A stretch of DNA of 64,000 nt, from positions 36,518,001 through 36,582,000 of the forward strand of contig OX597816.1 of NCBI GenBank assembly GCA_951406725.2, read 5' to 3'. Positions 1-12,106 of the stretch are shown piece after piece (the first letter of the stretch is position 1; every line of letters starts with the position of its first letter). Made by a program: the position numbers and the translations under genes. This DNA comes from Octopus vulgaris (taxonomy: Eukaryota). Under the pieces are notes generated by a model. It did not search any database and was not told the DNA's origin. It saw only the letters and a program-made list of their open reading frames with translations.

Positions 1-15
1 CTGTTCCCGGGCCCT

Positions 16-96
<81 letters not shown>

Positions 97-642
97 TAGT
101 GGTACATATGCATATATATATATATATATATATATATAAATGATAAATATTTATGCACATAGTATATACTTATATTTAGACACACATAATGTATATATAA
201 GAATTCATATCATATTATATTCAGCACGTGTATATGTGTTCTATAAAACGTGTACTGCCACAGAACAGCCGCTACTTATATGCTAGAAATTTTTAAATTA
301 TAAGCGTAAAATCTACATTAATGATAAATGCCACTAAGTATTCATACATTGATAACTTACATATGTGTATGTGTGTGTACTGTGTGTGTGCGCGTGTGCG
401 TTTGTGTGTAAGCACTTTTACTAATATTACCAAACCTAAATTCTGTTTTCCTTTTTCCTTTTTCCTATTTAAATAACATATCACCATGTTAAACGAAAAG
501 AACGTTGTCAAAGGGGAAAAACAGAAATTTACAATACAAAATTTATAAAGTTGCTACTTTTCATTCCCTCAAGCTCTTACGTTTATAAACTAGGTTAGAG
601 TTTCTATAAACATTTTGAAAGCTAATATATATATGTATATAT

Positions 643-677
<35 letters not shown>

Positions 678-826
678 AACTTTATTTTGTAATTCAAATT
701 TCGTTGCCGATTAAAATTCGAACAGGGATGGAAGTCTAAAAAATTCTATTACTATATTTCTAAGTATATTTACGTGTGTGTGTGCATGTTTGTATGTACT
801 TAAACATATACATCTTTGTATGAGTA

Positions 827-875
<49 letters not shown>

Positions 876-999
876 AATCTGAAGTATGCACCAAACATTT
901 CTTCACACTTTCTTGAAACAGTAAATGAAAACCTGAAAACCACGTTGGTTTTTACATTTGAGGTTGAGTCAAAGATTTTTCATATTTCAAACTTTAATT

Positions 1000-2010
1000 A
1001 ATAGTCCAAGCAAATTATATGCGAAAAGCGTTTAATCATCAAAATACACCCCCTTGTATTTTATTGTCCCTTGCCAGACACACGTTCTGCCAGACGATCA
1101 ATTCCATACATATATCATCTGACTAGCTTAGATGCAAAAACTCCTTTTACAGGCTCTTCCAAATCGTTGAAACTCCGTGTGTGCAGGAAATAAACCATAG
1201 CTTGGAAATGGTCATATAATAATGGTGCAGGTTCGAATATGTAGAAGCAGCACTTCCAGTATCTTGAGTTCCATATGTTCGTGCTTAGTCACATTAGCAG
1301 TGTGTGCTGAGGCATTGTCATGCTTTAAGTGTGTGCATTTTTGACTGACCAATGGCGGGTAGCAGAGATTTCAAAATGTCATATACTCTCTGCTGGTGCT
1401 GTGGTTAAAGATTAGCGTTATCAGCGTGACCCTCTGAAACAAGTTCAATGTAAGACCCGCACATGAAAATCCACCATGCATACAATATGAACAACTGCTC
1501 AAAATACACTTGTCTGACTACAGGTACTGAAGCCTGTGCGAAACGAAGTCACTGCTGCCTCCTTTCTAGGTTTACAGTTCGACCCCAAAAAGCACATCCC
1601 AAGGATTTGCCACCAGTCTTTTACAAATGTTCACACTTCATCGAACCTGGCCACTGGTCAGTTTATGAGGGACTTCTGAAGATCAACAATGCCTGCTCTC
1701 AAGACCGAGCTTATGGTAGTATCGATTGATATTTCTTTCTGAAGAACCAAGTTCTTCCCATAATGTACGAGTGCTTGTGCTTGGCGGTTGTTCAAGCATT
1801 TCCAGCAAAGCCTCATCTACCACAGCAGAAGGTTTTCTCGACCTTAGTTTGTTTTCGAGTTTGGTGACCCCTTCCTTGAAGCGTCTGAACCCGTTTTGCC
1901 TCTCACGATCGTTCATTGTTCCTGGGCTTTCCAAACCATTAATTTATTTTGCCGCTGTCCTGAGACTCAGACAGGTAGCAGGAAATGGGCTTAATTTTTT
2001 ACCACTCATT
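1000..2010 (-). mobile_element. Degenerate mariner-type transposase remnant
   Basis: ORF 1683-1934 (FRRFKEG..LENKLRSRKP..LLEMLEQPPSTSTRTLWEELG) resembles the mariner HTH region. An HDNA motif is readable on the minus strand near 1310-1322. Many stops and frameshifts; TIRs not clearly found; ends approximate. Confidence 0.7.
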
Positions 2011-2186
2011 ATCAAAACAATACAATGAATAATAAACGATTAATACTTACATGTTATGTATGAATATAAGGAATAAATAATTCGGCAACGATCTGGAAAC
2101 ACGTTGTTTCAAATTAATGATATAACTAGGAGATGCAATTAGGCAACAATCTTCAGTAAAAATCTGACAAACATTTAACTCAACCT

Positions 2187-2227
<41 letters not shown>

Positions 2228-2228
<1 letters not shown>

Positions 2229-2648
2229 AGTGGATGTGTGGTAAGTAGCTTCTTTAGCAACCACATCGTTCCGGATTCAGTCCTACTGCGTGGCACCTTG
2301 GGCAAGTGTCTTCTACTATAGCCTCGGGCCGACCAAAGCCTTGTGATTGGATTTGGTAGACGGAAACTGAAAGAAGCCCGTCGTATATATGTATATATAT
2401 ATATGTGTGTGTGCGTGTATGTTGCGTGTATGTTTGTGTGTCTTTGTTTGTCACCATAGCATTGCTTGACAACCGATGCTGGTGTGTTTATGTCCCCGTC
2501 ACTTAGCGATTCGGCAAAAGACCTAGAATAAATACTGGGCTTACAAAGAATAAGTCCCGGGGTCGAGTTGTTCGATTAAAGGCGGTACTTCAGCATGGCC
2601 GCAGTCAAATGACTGAAACAAGTAAAAGAGTAAAAGAGAGAGTAAAGA

Positions 2649-2650
<2 letters not shown>
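2228..2650 (+). mobile_element. tRNA-derived SINE, family A (near full length)
   Basis: Box A/B-like head (TGGATGTGTGGTAAG ... GGATTCAGTCC), CCTTGGGCAAGTGTCTT body, internal (TA)/(TG) tract, tail CAGCATGGCCGCAGTCAAATGACTGAAAC plus (GTAAAAGA)n. About ten copies in the window. Confidence 0.9.
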
Positions 2651-2687
<37 letters not shown>

Positions 2688-3440
2688 CGTAATGCGTATA
2701 CGTGTGTGTGCGTGTTTGTGTGTATATGTGATGGTAACTAAGGGTGTTTGCATATATCCATGTATACTCGTAAATGCGCACACATTTCGCACAAACATAT
2801 GCTGATAAAGGAGTAGAAGGATCAAGAATGGGATCCAGCAGTCAACATGATCGAATTAGACAAGTTGATATCACAGTGTCAGTAAAGAAGTACATCCAAA
2901 GGGGAGACTGAAATGTGGATTTCGTAATATCTCCACTGCAGCTGGATGATTTCGCATGCTACTGATGTGTTTTTGTGATGTTAACACTTTATCGTCATAA
3001 CAGATACTATCTCAAGACAAATAATGAAATCAATCATGATGTGACTGCTTAAAGTATAATAAACGCATTGCTATTTTAAACTTCTGTTGTATATAATGAA
3101 TGCTTTGAAATAATACTCGATTCATAGTTGAAAAACGAGTCTCATCTTTCTAAGGAAAAGGAGAAATAGGAAGCAGGGACTAACGCAGATGGAGAGTTCG
3201 ATGCCTGAAATAGCAATGCTCCGTTAGGCAGAAATAAATCTAGCATAGTTACCAGTAGCTGCTGAGAGTATTTTTGTATGCCTTTAATATACATTCTGTA
3301 TTTAAATACTGCAAGTCCACGAGAGATACGATCTTACAACGAATAACAAAATAAATTTGCTTTTCTTCAGGTATCCATGTTAACGTTGATACATACATAT
3401 CTATTTTTAACTTAATACTTTTTGTGCTGCATTCAAAATT

Positions 3441-3527
<87 letters not shown>

Positions 3528-3698
3528 ACATTTATTCTCTGGTATTTGTTATATAGAATTTTACGTTAAATTGATTCTCTCGATTTTAAACGGATATCTA
3601 CTAAAATACACACGCACATATACATATGCAATATATATACATATAATTATATATACATGTGTTTTATACATTCATGTGAAAACACACATATACACACA

Positions 3699-3744
<46 letters not shown>

Positions 3745-4419
3745 CTTTATCATAAATTTATAAATATTTATGTATGGAAAGCACTTCTCTTCAGTCTTGA
3801 ATAAATTTGTATGCATGAGAATTACCTTCCTTTGTGCATCAGAGGTTTGGTTAAAATTCTGTTTAAGATAAGTTGTGATTTTCTCTTTTTATGTTTTTTT
3901 TTATTTTTTCCTTATTTAAGTTGAAGATGTGTCTATTCTACAATATTCGCCTTCACTATCCTTAAATTTTATGTTTTTAGCAAAGGAAATATCGTTTGAA
4001 ATATGCTTATTTATAATCTCAGTACCACCTAGCAAGAATCTAATCTGAACATTTTAATTGTTCTAAACACATACAAAGTTTCATAAACACAATCTCATCA
4101 CAATATAAGCATCATTCAAAATAAAACTGCTGAAAATTTGTGTGCGTGTGGAAGTAAGAGGCAGTCATTAAAAAAAATACATTTATTATTAGAAATAGTA
4201 GAGCGTTATTCAAAATTCACGAAATGGTATTTACGTCAATCACGCCGGGTGTCATGCATAATTTCCGATAGTCTCCACTCTACATTAGTCAGGTTTGCAA
4301 AACGTTTAGGCTAAGAGTACAAAATCCTTTCCTTTTTACAGTGTGCCATTTCTTGGTAGGCTTACTCCCTCAATGTATCACTGGGGGTTATTTATTTTCA
4401 GCTAAGAATACCAAGAGTC

Positions 4420-4785
4420 ATCATTTTATCTTTTACCGGTTATATTTACTGGACTTCAGTCATGCTGAGACAATGCTAGAAGGGTTTACTAGAAGTACTT
4501 ATTTTCTTTTTAAATCTTTTGTCGAACCATCATGTTGTGGGAATGTAAACAAACCAACATCGGTTAGTAAGTAGTACTAAATGACAAAACAAATACATAG
4601 ATACAAATATAGTCGTATACACATACATACACCGATCTTCTTTCAGATTCTATTTACCAAATACATTTACAAAATGTTGTAGGTTCGGTACTAAAGAAGA
4701 CACTCATACAAAGTGACATGATGTGTAACTGAACCCGGAACCATTTAGTTAAGTAGAAAACATTTTTTCCACATATGCCACACAT
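4420..4785 (-). mobile_element. SINE family A, old degenerate copy
   Basis: Colinear diverged matches to the family A consensus (GTAAACAAACCAACATCGGTT, CTTCTTTCAG, AGAAGACAC, ACTGAACCCGGAACCAT). Confidence 0.65.
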
Positions 4786-4969
4786 GTAAAGTGAAGTGCT
4801 TCCCTGCTGGCCACAACGTGCTTTTTGGATTTAGAATCGAAACCATGAGCCTATGAATGTGAGCCTAATGGGCTAATCCTTAGGCTACACCCGGCATTCG
4901 ATGATATAACTCACCAATGAAGTACGGAGAGGATTGATTTGACTATGTCGCTCAAGCCAGTTTAAAACT

Positions 4970-5200
4970 TCATTCTTTTATTCTTTTATTTGTTTCATTC
5001 ATCTGATAGCGGCCATGCTGGAGCACCGCCTTGAAGGATTTTAATTTTAAAAAATTGACCCCAAGATTCATTTTTTTAAAGCCCAGTACTTATTCTATAG
5101 TTTCTTTTGCCGATTCGCTAAGTTACGAGGACGCAAGCACACCAACAACGGTTGTCAAGATGTGATGGGGAGGGACAAATAGCGACACACAAACACACAT
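4970..5200 (-). mobile_element. SINE family A, 3' portion
   Basis: GCGGCCATGCTGGAGCACCGCC, AGTACTTATTCTAT, GCTAAGTTACG. Interrupted at a (TA)n tract; a short continuation (GGGCTTCTTTCAGTTT) appears at about 5566-5594. Confidence 0.8.
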
Positions 5201-5205
5201 AGATA

Positions 5206-5274
<69 letters not shown>

Positions 5275-5313
5275 GTATGTATATATATATATGTGTGTGT
5301 ATATATCTAGATA

Positions 5314-5361
<48 letters not shown>

Positions 5362-5456
5362 TACATGGTACAAATTTATAGGCAAAACAAAGACGAAGAC
5401 AAGTGTAGGAAAAAAAGCCAGAGTATTAGTTTGACGATCAGGAAAGATACAAAAGT

Positions 5457-5492
5457 CTTTTAAGTTTCGAGTCAACGCTCTTCGTCAGAAAG
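5457..5492 (-). ncRNA. Minimal type-I hammerhead ribozyme motif in a short PLE-derived repeat (about 5380-5520)
   Basis: Minus strand reads CUUU-CUGACGA-A-GAG(CGUUGA)CUC-GAAAC-UUA-AAAG: 4-bp stem I, intact core, extra A after A9, 3-bp stem II. Confidence 0.75.
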
Positions 5493-5684
5493 GAATTAGA
5501 GGAAATATATACAGAGAGAATGAACGTAGAGTGTAAAAGTTCAGAAAGTTCAGTAAGTTCACAAGGGGCTTCTTTCAGTTTCTGTCTACCAAATGTATGT
5601 GTGTAGTTGCATATATATGTGTGTATATATGTTCGTGTGTGTCTTTGTATTTGAGGGAGAGGAGGTGGAGTTGAGGTGAGGGAT

Positions 5685-6096
5685 TGTGATGGTGGTGGCG
5701 ACGATTCCAATGATCATGGTGGTGGTAATGGGTATAGCAGTGCTGCTGGTGCTGCTGATTCTGCTTATGCTGCTGATGCTGCTGCCGTTGCTTCTGATGA
5801 TGCTACAGATGATGATAATGATGATGACGACGACGATCATGAAGATGGCGACAGTAACGGCAGCGTTGCTGTTGACAACGCTACGATAACGGTAAAAAGT
5901 ACTCTTGGTATTACTGGTATTGCTCTCTCTATCTGTTGGTGACGACTATGACGACGACGACGACTATGAAGAAGACCACGATGACAACGAAAACAACAGA
6001 CGACAATGATGATGACGACGATGGTGACTACGACGACGACGACGACGACGACGACGATGATGATGATGATGATGATGAGGAGGAGGAGGAGGAGGA
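5685..6096. repeat. Compound trinucleotide microsatellite (GGT/GCT/GAT/GAC/GAG)
   Basis: Runs of GAT, GAC, GAG and GCT triplets that translate to low-complexity peptides in all frames. Confidence 0.9.
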
Positions 6097-6680
6097 ATTT
6101 GATGTTTAGCCACTGAACATCTATGACAACATTTATGATTGAATAAACTAAATAATAAAATTGTTGATGCTGAAACATTTTCGTATTCGTTTATGAAACT
6201 TAGTGTAAGCAAGATTTCATTCCAAACCCATGTGACCTCCATTCCTTAAACCCAAAATGCTTCTGCTCTTTCTTAATAGGTTTAGCGACCTTCTAGATGA
6301 ATAATGTTTGTTGACATATAAAAGCTAGGCAATGTTAAATTACTTCATTAATCATATTATTGATACAGTGATTTCCTAACAATTACACCATTAAAAATTG
6401 AAATAAATAGCAAATAAGCATATCACTACACTCATTTTAAGTGTTAAGTATGTTCAATACCTGGTCTCAGGCCATACTGTAGTGTAGCAGAAATATTTCG
6501 ATAGGGCATTGTACAGACACAATTAATTCTTATTGTTGTTCCGTATTTTATTGGTATGTATTTATCGAGTAGCATCGCTTAAGTTGCTTCTAACTTGAAG
6601 GTATATTTACGACTATGTAACTATACTATAATTTACCAATTGCAACAGCCAAGTACATAAGCACACAACACGCACGCGCA

Positions 6681-6683
<3 letters not shown>

Positions 6684-6750
<67 letters not shown>

Positions 6751-6777
6751 GACAGAGAGAGAGATGGATAGATAGAT

Positions 6778-6808
<31 letters not shown>

Positions 6809-6829
6809 AAGATAGATATATATATATAT

Positions 6830-6914
<85 letters not shown>

Positions 6915-7031
6915 AATCAATAGGCGTAGAGAAGAAAATATCAAAGCGGAAAAAATTGGTGAGAGTGAAACTGCCTAAGTGGAGGCTCCCAGAATAGGAA
7001 AGGTGTGTGATATACAGAGATAGATGGATGC

Positions 7032-7110
<79 letters not shown>
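6684..7110. repeat. (TA)n plus two (GATA)n microsatellite blocks
   Basis: Directly visible tandem repeats at 6684-6745, 6765-6913 and 7033-7110. Confidence 0.95.
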
Positions 7111-7111
<1 letters not shown>

Positions 7112-7214
7112 TCAATTGAAATACACAATTCAAATAAATGAATAATGAAATTAACGGACAAAAATAGGACATACACAAGGAAGGCATTAGGTTGACACTC
7201 GATAAAAATAGATA

Positions 7215-7248
7215 CCCTGACGTTACGAGCCTAGATCTTCGTCGGAAA
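7215..7248 (-). ncRNA. Degenerate hammerhead motif (related to 47330-47364)
   Basis: Minus strand UUU-CCGACGA-A-GAUC UAG GCUC-GUAAC-GUC-AGGG. GAAA is mutated to GUAA, so it is probably inactive. Confidence 0.5.
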
Positions 7249-7409
7249 CGAGAAAGGAAAAAGTCCACAGAAGGATAAGAAATCGCCAACAGTGCTAGCG
7301 TGGCTGCAGGTGCGTGTATATATAATGTGTGTGAATGTGCATATGCTTACGTGCTTCTATATATATCTGTACCAAGGACTTCAGCCGTTTTCCATTATAT
7401 ATATAAATG

Positions 7410-7470
<61 letters not shown>

Positions 7471-7471
<1 letters not shown>

Positions 7472-7500
7472 TATCAGTATAGCCCGGCATGGTTCGGGTT
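7471..7500 (-). mobile_element. Helitron-like 3' terminus
   Basis: Minus strand CCCGAACCATGCCGGGCTATACTGATAG matches the hairpin + CTAG ends at 15310-15337, 22257-22290 and 54809-54836. Confidence 0.6.
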
Positions 7501-7559
7501 TGATTTTTTTAGTTGCGCTTAAAACGGTTATTTAGACAGTTTTTTCCATTCCTTTTTTT

Positions 7560-8883
7560 CCTCATTCTTTTTTTCACAACACATTCTTAACAGAAATAGT
7601 TCACATTTTTGCAACCAAAATGTTTATTCCAAATTTATTACCTCTCTCTTGAAATTTTCCAGCTTTGTATAGTCCACAACCGGCAGCCTTCCATTTTAGT
7701 ACAAGGGCCCATCCATTCCTGCCATAAACTCTCTGTAATGTCTCCACAGATCGTTGCTCGCTGACTGACTATCACACACCTTTCCTACTCTGGGAGCCTC
7801 CACTTAGGCAGTTTCACTCTCACCAAATTTTTCCACTTTGGTATTTTCTTCTCTACGCCTATTGATTTCTTGTAAAAAATCAGGACTCCTTTTATGCTCA
7901 CATTTAAACTCACGGGTCTTTGCACCTTCTGGTCTTTTCTCTTCTTTTTGTGTTTCAGGCAGCTCTATATCCTTTATGTCCGTCTTCTGTATCACTTTCC
8001 TTGATTTTCCCTTCTTCATTCTCTTGGGGCTCCCCTCTTTTGTTACTTTTGTTTCTTTCGCTATCCCTTCCTTCTCTTGCTCACAGTTCTTTTTTTTTCT
8101 GTTTCTCTCTCCATCCTTCCTTGCGTTTCCCTCTGTCACCTATTTCTCGCTCTGTATCGGCTCGTTCTGTTTATATTTATGTTGCGGGCACTTTAATTTC
8201 ATATGTCCCCTTTTACTGTAGATGTAGGAATTAGGTCTGCGACCCTCTACTGTTACATTCAGGGAATTTTCCCCTTCAATCTCCATTTGGTAGGAAAGCC
8301 TCCCAATATATTCAAATGTGACGCAGAGTCACATCTCAACTCCGCTTCCCCACCAATTGAGTACGTCTGTTCTTCCAACTTCTGTGAGATCTGGACTATC
8401 TTCGGTGGTCTTTATGATAGCTGCTATCAACCACTCTTTCTTTATATCAGGTAGTAGCCTTGCTATCCTGACCCGGACGTGGCGCCTTCCCTTATACGTA
8501 GGTAACAGCACCAACTTTTCCGATCTTAGGACAGCTGCGGTGTGTGCGGCCGCTTCTTCTTTTGTTGCAAACATCAATTCCACCGTGCCATATCTTCCTC
8601 AGCTTACGAATGTTTCCTTTTGCATTATACTTCCTAGGCATTCCTCCACGTCTTCCTCTGACAATTTTTAAATTTTATTTGTGGTGACTGCTTGCGTGCG
8701 GTACACCACCGTTTTCTTAATCTTCTCTTCACTAGACTCTTGAGGAGGGACCAGCTTAATTGCGCCATCCTACTTTTTCACCAATCTCAACCCATTCGTT
8801 ATTTCTTTTTTATCAGCATGCACCTTCCTGGCTTCTAACGGTGTAGCTGCCTTGGCCGCAGCAGTTTTCGCGTAGCCTGCCAT
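7560..8883 (-). pseudogene. Gag-like/ORF1 remnant of an L1/Tx1-type non-LTR retrotransposon
   Basis: Broken frame starting MAGYAKTAAAK at 8883, an RRM-like segment (GTVELMFATKEEAAAH..LVLLPTYKGRRHVRVRIARL), a decayed CCHC knuckle (VEGRRPNSYIYSKRGHMKLKCP), then a K/E-rich tail. Several stops and frameshifts. Confidence 0.65.
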
Positions 8884-9079
8884 CAAGTTACGACTCTCCT
8901 CACCAACCAATGGGGAGAAAAGGAACAAAAACAACAGCAGCAAGAAACAACAACGCGCGTGAGACGCTTCAACAATACTATCAACAGTTTTCACCTTCCT
9001 CTCACACGCATACACACACACATACACACACACACACACACCACACATACACACATATATATATATATATATATATATT

Positions 9080-10270
9080 ACTGTAGTTTCAACTCAGAGC
9101 TGCGGCCATGCTGATGCACCACCGTTTTGCTACACTGTTATGACTGAGAGCTTCCTCCAATATGTGGCACTTGGTGAAGAATGGAGTTTCATGTAGCTAC
9201 CTTCATTTGGTAGGTTCATGTGGGACTCTCAACAGGAAGAGGTCCAGCCTTGATTTAAAAACGCCTACATCTACATTGTGTAGGTTCCTCAAGTTCTTTG
9301 GGAGAATATTAAAAAAGCCGTGTGTCCCTGAAACCCAGGCTGTTGCAGTAACTGTTCCCGAAGCGTGATGGCGTTGCTGGGATCTTTGGTACTATGGCAA
9401 TGGTGTAGCTTTCAATGCCAAATATGGCACAATTCTTTCTAGGATCTTCGAGATGTATATTACTGCATACCTCTTCCGTCTTTGCTCTCGGGAGTAGAAC
9501 CTTAGCTGTTTCAGCCTTTTCCAGTAGCTGCGTAGTTGCTAAGAGGCGATATTCTTCGTGAAGCTTCGCTGGATTGCTTCAAGGTCTGCTGTTAATTTTA
9601 CACGGTTGGGTGACCATAGCTGGGAACAGTAATCCAAGTGACTGAGGACAAATGTCCTCCATAGGACCATCATGGTTTCCTTATCTCTGGTTCTGAATGT
9701 TCTCAAAATCCAGCCAGCCAGCCGTATGCACTTTGTCACCATCCTGGTAATGTGCACTTGGTAAGAGGTATCATCACTCATCGATACCCAGGTCCCTCAC
9801 TGATTTAGGCTCTGGGATTGGAATTCCCTGTGGACGAGAGTATCCTGTAAGTTTCGTATTCAGTTTTGGACGCTGGTAGTGGAGGTCTTGGAATTTTTAA
9901 GCATTAACCTACATATTATCCTAAGCCCATCTGTAAATTGAGTCCAACTCCTGTTGCAGATGTGCAACATCGCTGGAATTGTGTATTTCCTGCGAGATAT
10001 TCGTATCGTCTGCGTAGCTAGCAATTGCAGCTATCCGGGCAGTTGAGGGCATATCTGAGAGGGCCACTATCAAAAGCAGTGGTCCCAAGACAGTGCCCTG
10101 TGAAACACTGTTCATTATTTGTGTTTTTTCATTGAGGTGGCTGCATTGGCCGCTACTTCCTGACTACTATCTTTCAGAAAGTCATATAACCACTCTCCAA
10201 GTTTTCCAGCTATGCTGATATCACGCGGTTTGTGGCATATCATGCCATGATCCACGTTGTCAAAAGCTTT
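9080..10270 (-). mobile_element. CR1-group LINE, 5'-truncated RT and 3' end (pseudogenised)
   Basis: Motifs KAFDNVDH, QGTVLGPLL, YADDT, GWILRTF, LDYCSQLWSP across broken ORFs. The 3' tail CAGCATGGCCGCAGCTCTGAGTTGAAAC ends at (TA)n. Confidence 0.9.
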
Positions 10271-12106
10271 TGAGTTGTCGTGTAGGTGGAAATAGCAAGA
10301 AGTAAGTCTAAGACATTTCAATTTAAAAGAGAATTTAATAAAAAATTATTTTTCAAATTATTTTTTAAAATATTACCGGTTTTGATGAATTTCATCAAAT
10401 ATCAGTCAGAATTTATAAAAGTTTAAAGTTAGAACATTTTATCTTCTGTCTGAAATCAAGAATATGTCTGGAGATTTTTCGTTGAAGTTTTCTTTAAATA
10501 TAGTTTTGTACAACGTTCAAAGTGACGGAGAGTGGGAGAAGTGTGTGTTGTCTAAAAGAAATATTTGTGAGTTCCTGCCAAGGAAGTGGCTAAAAAGTTA
10601 TTGAATATGTTTTATGTCGCCCTGTGTATGTGTGTGTATGTGTGTGTGTTTGTAAGTGCTTGTGTGTGTATTTTGTTGAATGGTTTTTCAATATGTTTGG
10701 AAAGTGCCCAGCTGTGAGTTGATAGGTGTACATGTTGTGATGATTGTCTTGTTGAAGAAAGAATTAGGATTTTCCTTTGGCTTAGATGTATTCTTTTAAG
10801 TCTCCACCGGGTATGTGTCTTGTCACCAGCTGTGTGTATATGCGCGTGTCCGTGTGTGGTTGTGTGTTTGTGTGGGTGTGTTTGTGCGTGTGTATGAGTA
10901 ATGTTTTTCTGCGATGTCTTCTTTGTGTGTGTATTTTTGTGATGTTTTCTTTTGTATATGTGTGTGAGTGTTTGTATGCGTCTTTGTGTGTATGTGTGTT
11001 TGTGATGTTTTCTTTTTGTGTATGTGTGTACGCTTGTGTGTGTTTACGTGTGTGTAAGTGAGTGTAAGTGTGTATGTGTGTATAAGTGTATGTAAGTGTA
11101 TGTATTTGTGTGTGTATGTGTGTGTGTGTACTGGCATATAAATATTAGGAAAAGATTTAGAAAATGATGGGAAATATCTTTCAAAATGATTATATGTATA
11201 CAATTGTTTTTAAGTGTCTGTTATTATTTATTGGTTGTATTTTGGTCTATATTTAATTGTCCATATTTAATAGGGGTACAAGGATTAGATGTACTTAAGG
11301 CTACTATGAAATAATAATGATAACAATAATAATAATAAAATGATAAATGTATGTATGTGTTTGGGTGGGTGGGTGTGTGTATGTATATATATATATATAT
11401 ATATGGATTTGAAAGTATACAGATCAACATACAGACGGATAGGTACATAGGTTATTTGTACAGACAAGCACACATACGCATGAAGACTGAAATACATGAC
11501 CATATATACACACACACACTTCCCTTTACACAAGGACACATATGGAGACACACGTCCACACATATAAAGATGCACATCCATACATACAAACACGGTACAT
11601 AGTTGCAAAATATACACTCAGACGTGCACGCAAAAGGAGACATAGGCACACACACATATACAAATACACGCAGAAACACACACACACGCACACACACATA
11701 AAACACACAAACACGGACACGCAAACACATAATTATGCAGAACAAGTAATACAAATGTACACATACATACATGTATATATACACACACACACATACATGC
11801 ACACACACACACATGCATACATACATGCATGCATGTACAGGCCCACACACACATGCGCACAAACAAACAAAAAGAAATGCAGTGTGAATAAAGGACACAG
11901 TCAAAACTATTGAAAAGGTTGCAAGACGCAACGAAAATTTTAGAAAAATAAAAAAATGTGTATAAAATATTTTATTGAATGTCATATTTGTTTAAATACG
12001 TTACGTCTTATTACTTTTATTTATACAGGCTAACCAATGGTAATAATTATTTTCATTTATTACTCTCATAATTACGATGGTTATATATATATATATAGAT
12101 ATATGT

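Noticed and set aside
5586-6242. Asp/Ala/His-rich ORFs
   Set aside because: Trinucleotide microsatellite open in several frames on both strands, with no exon evidence.
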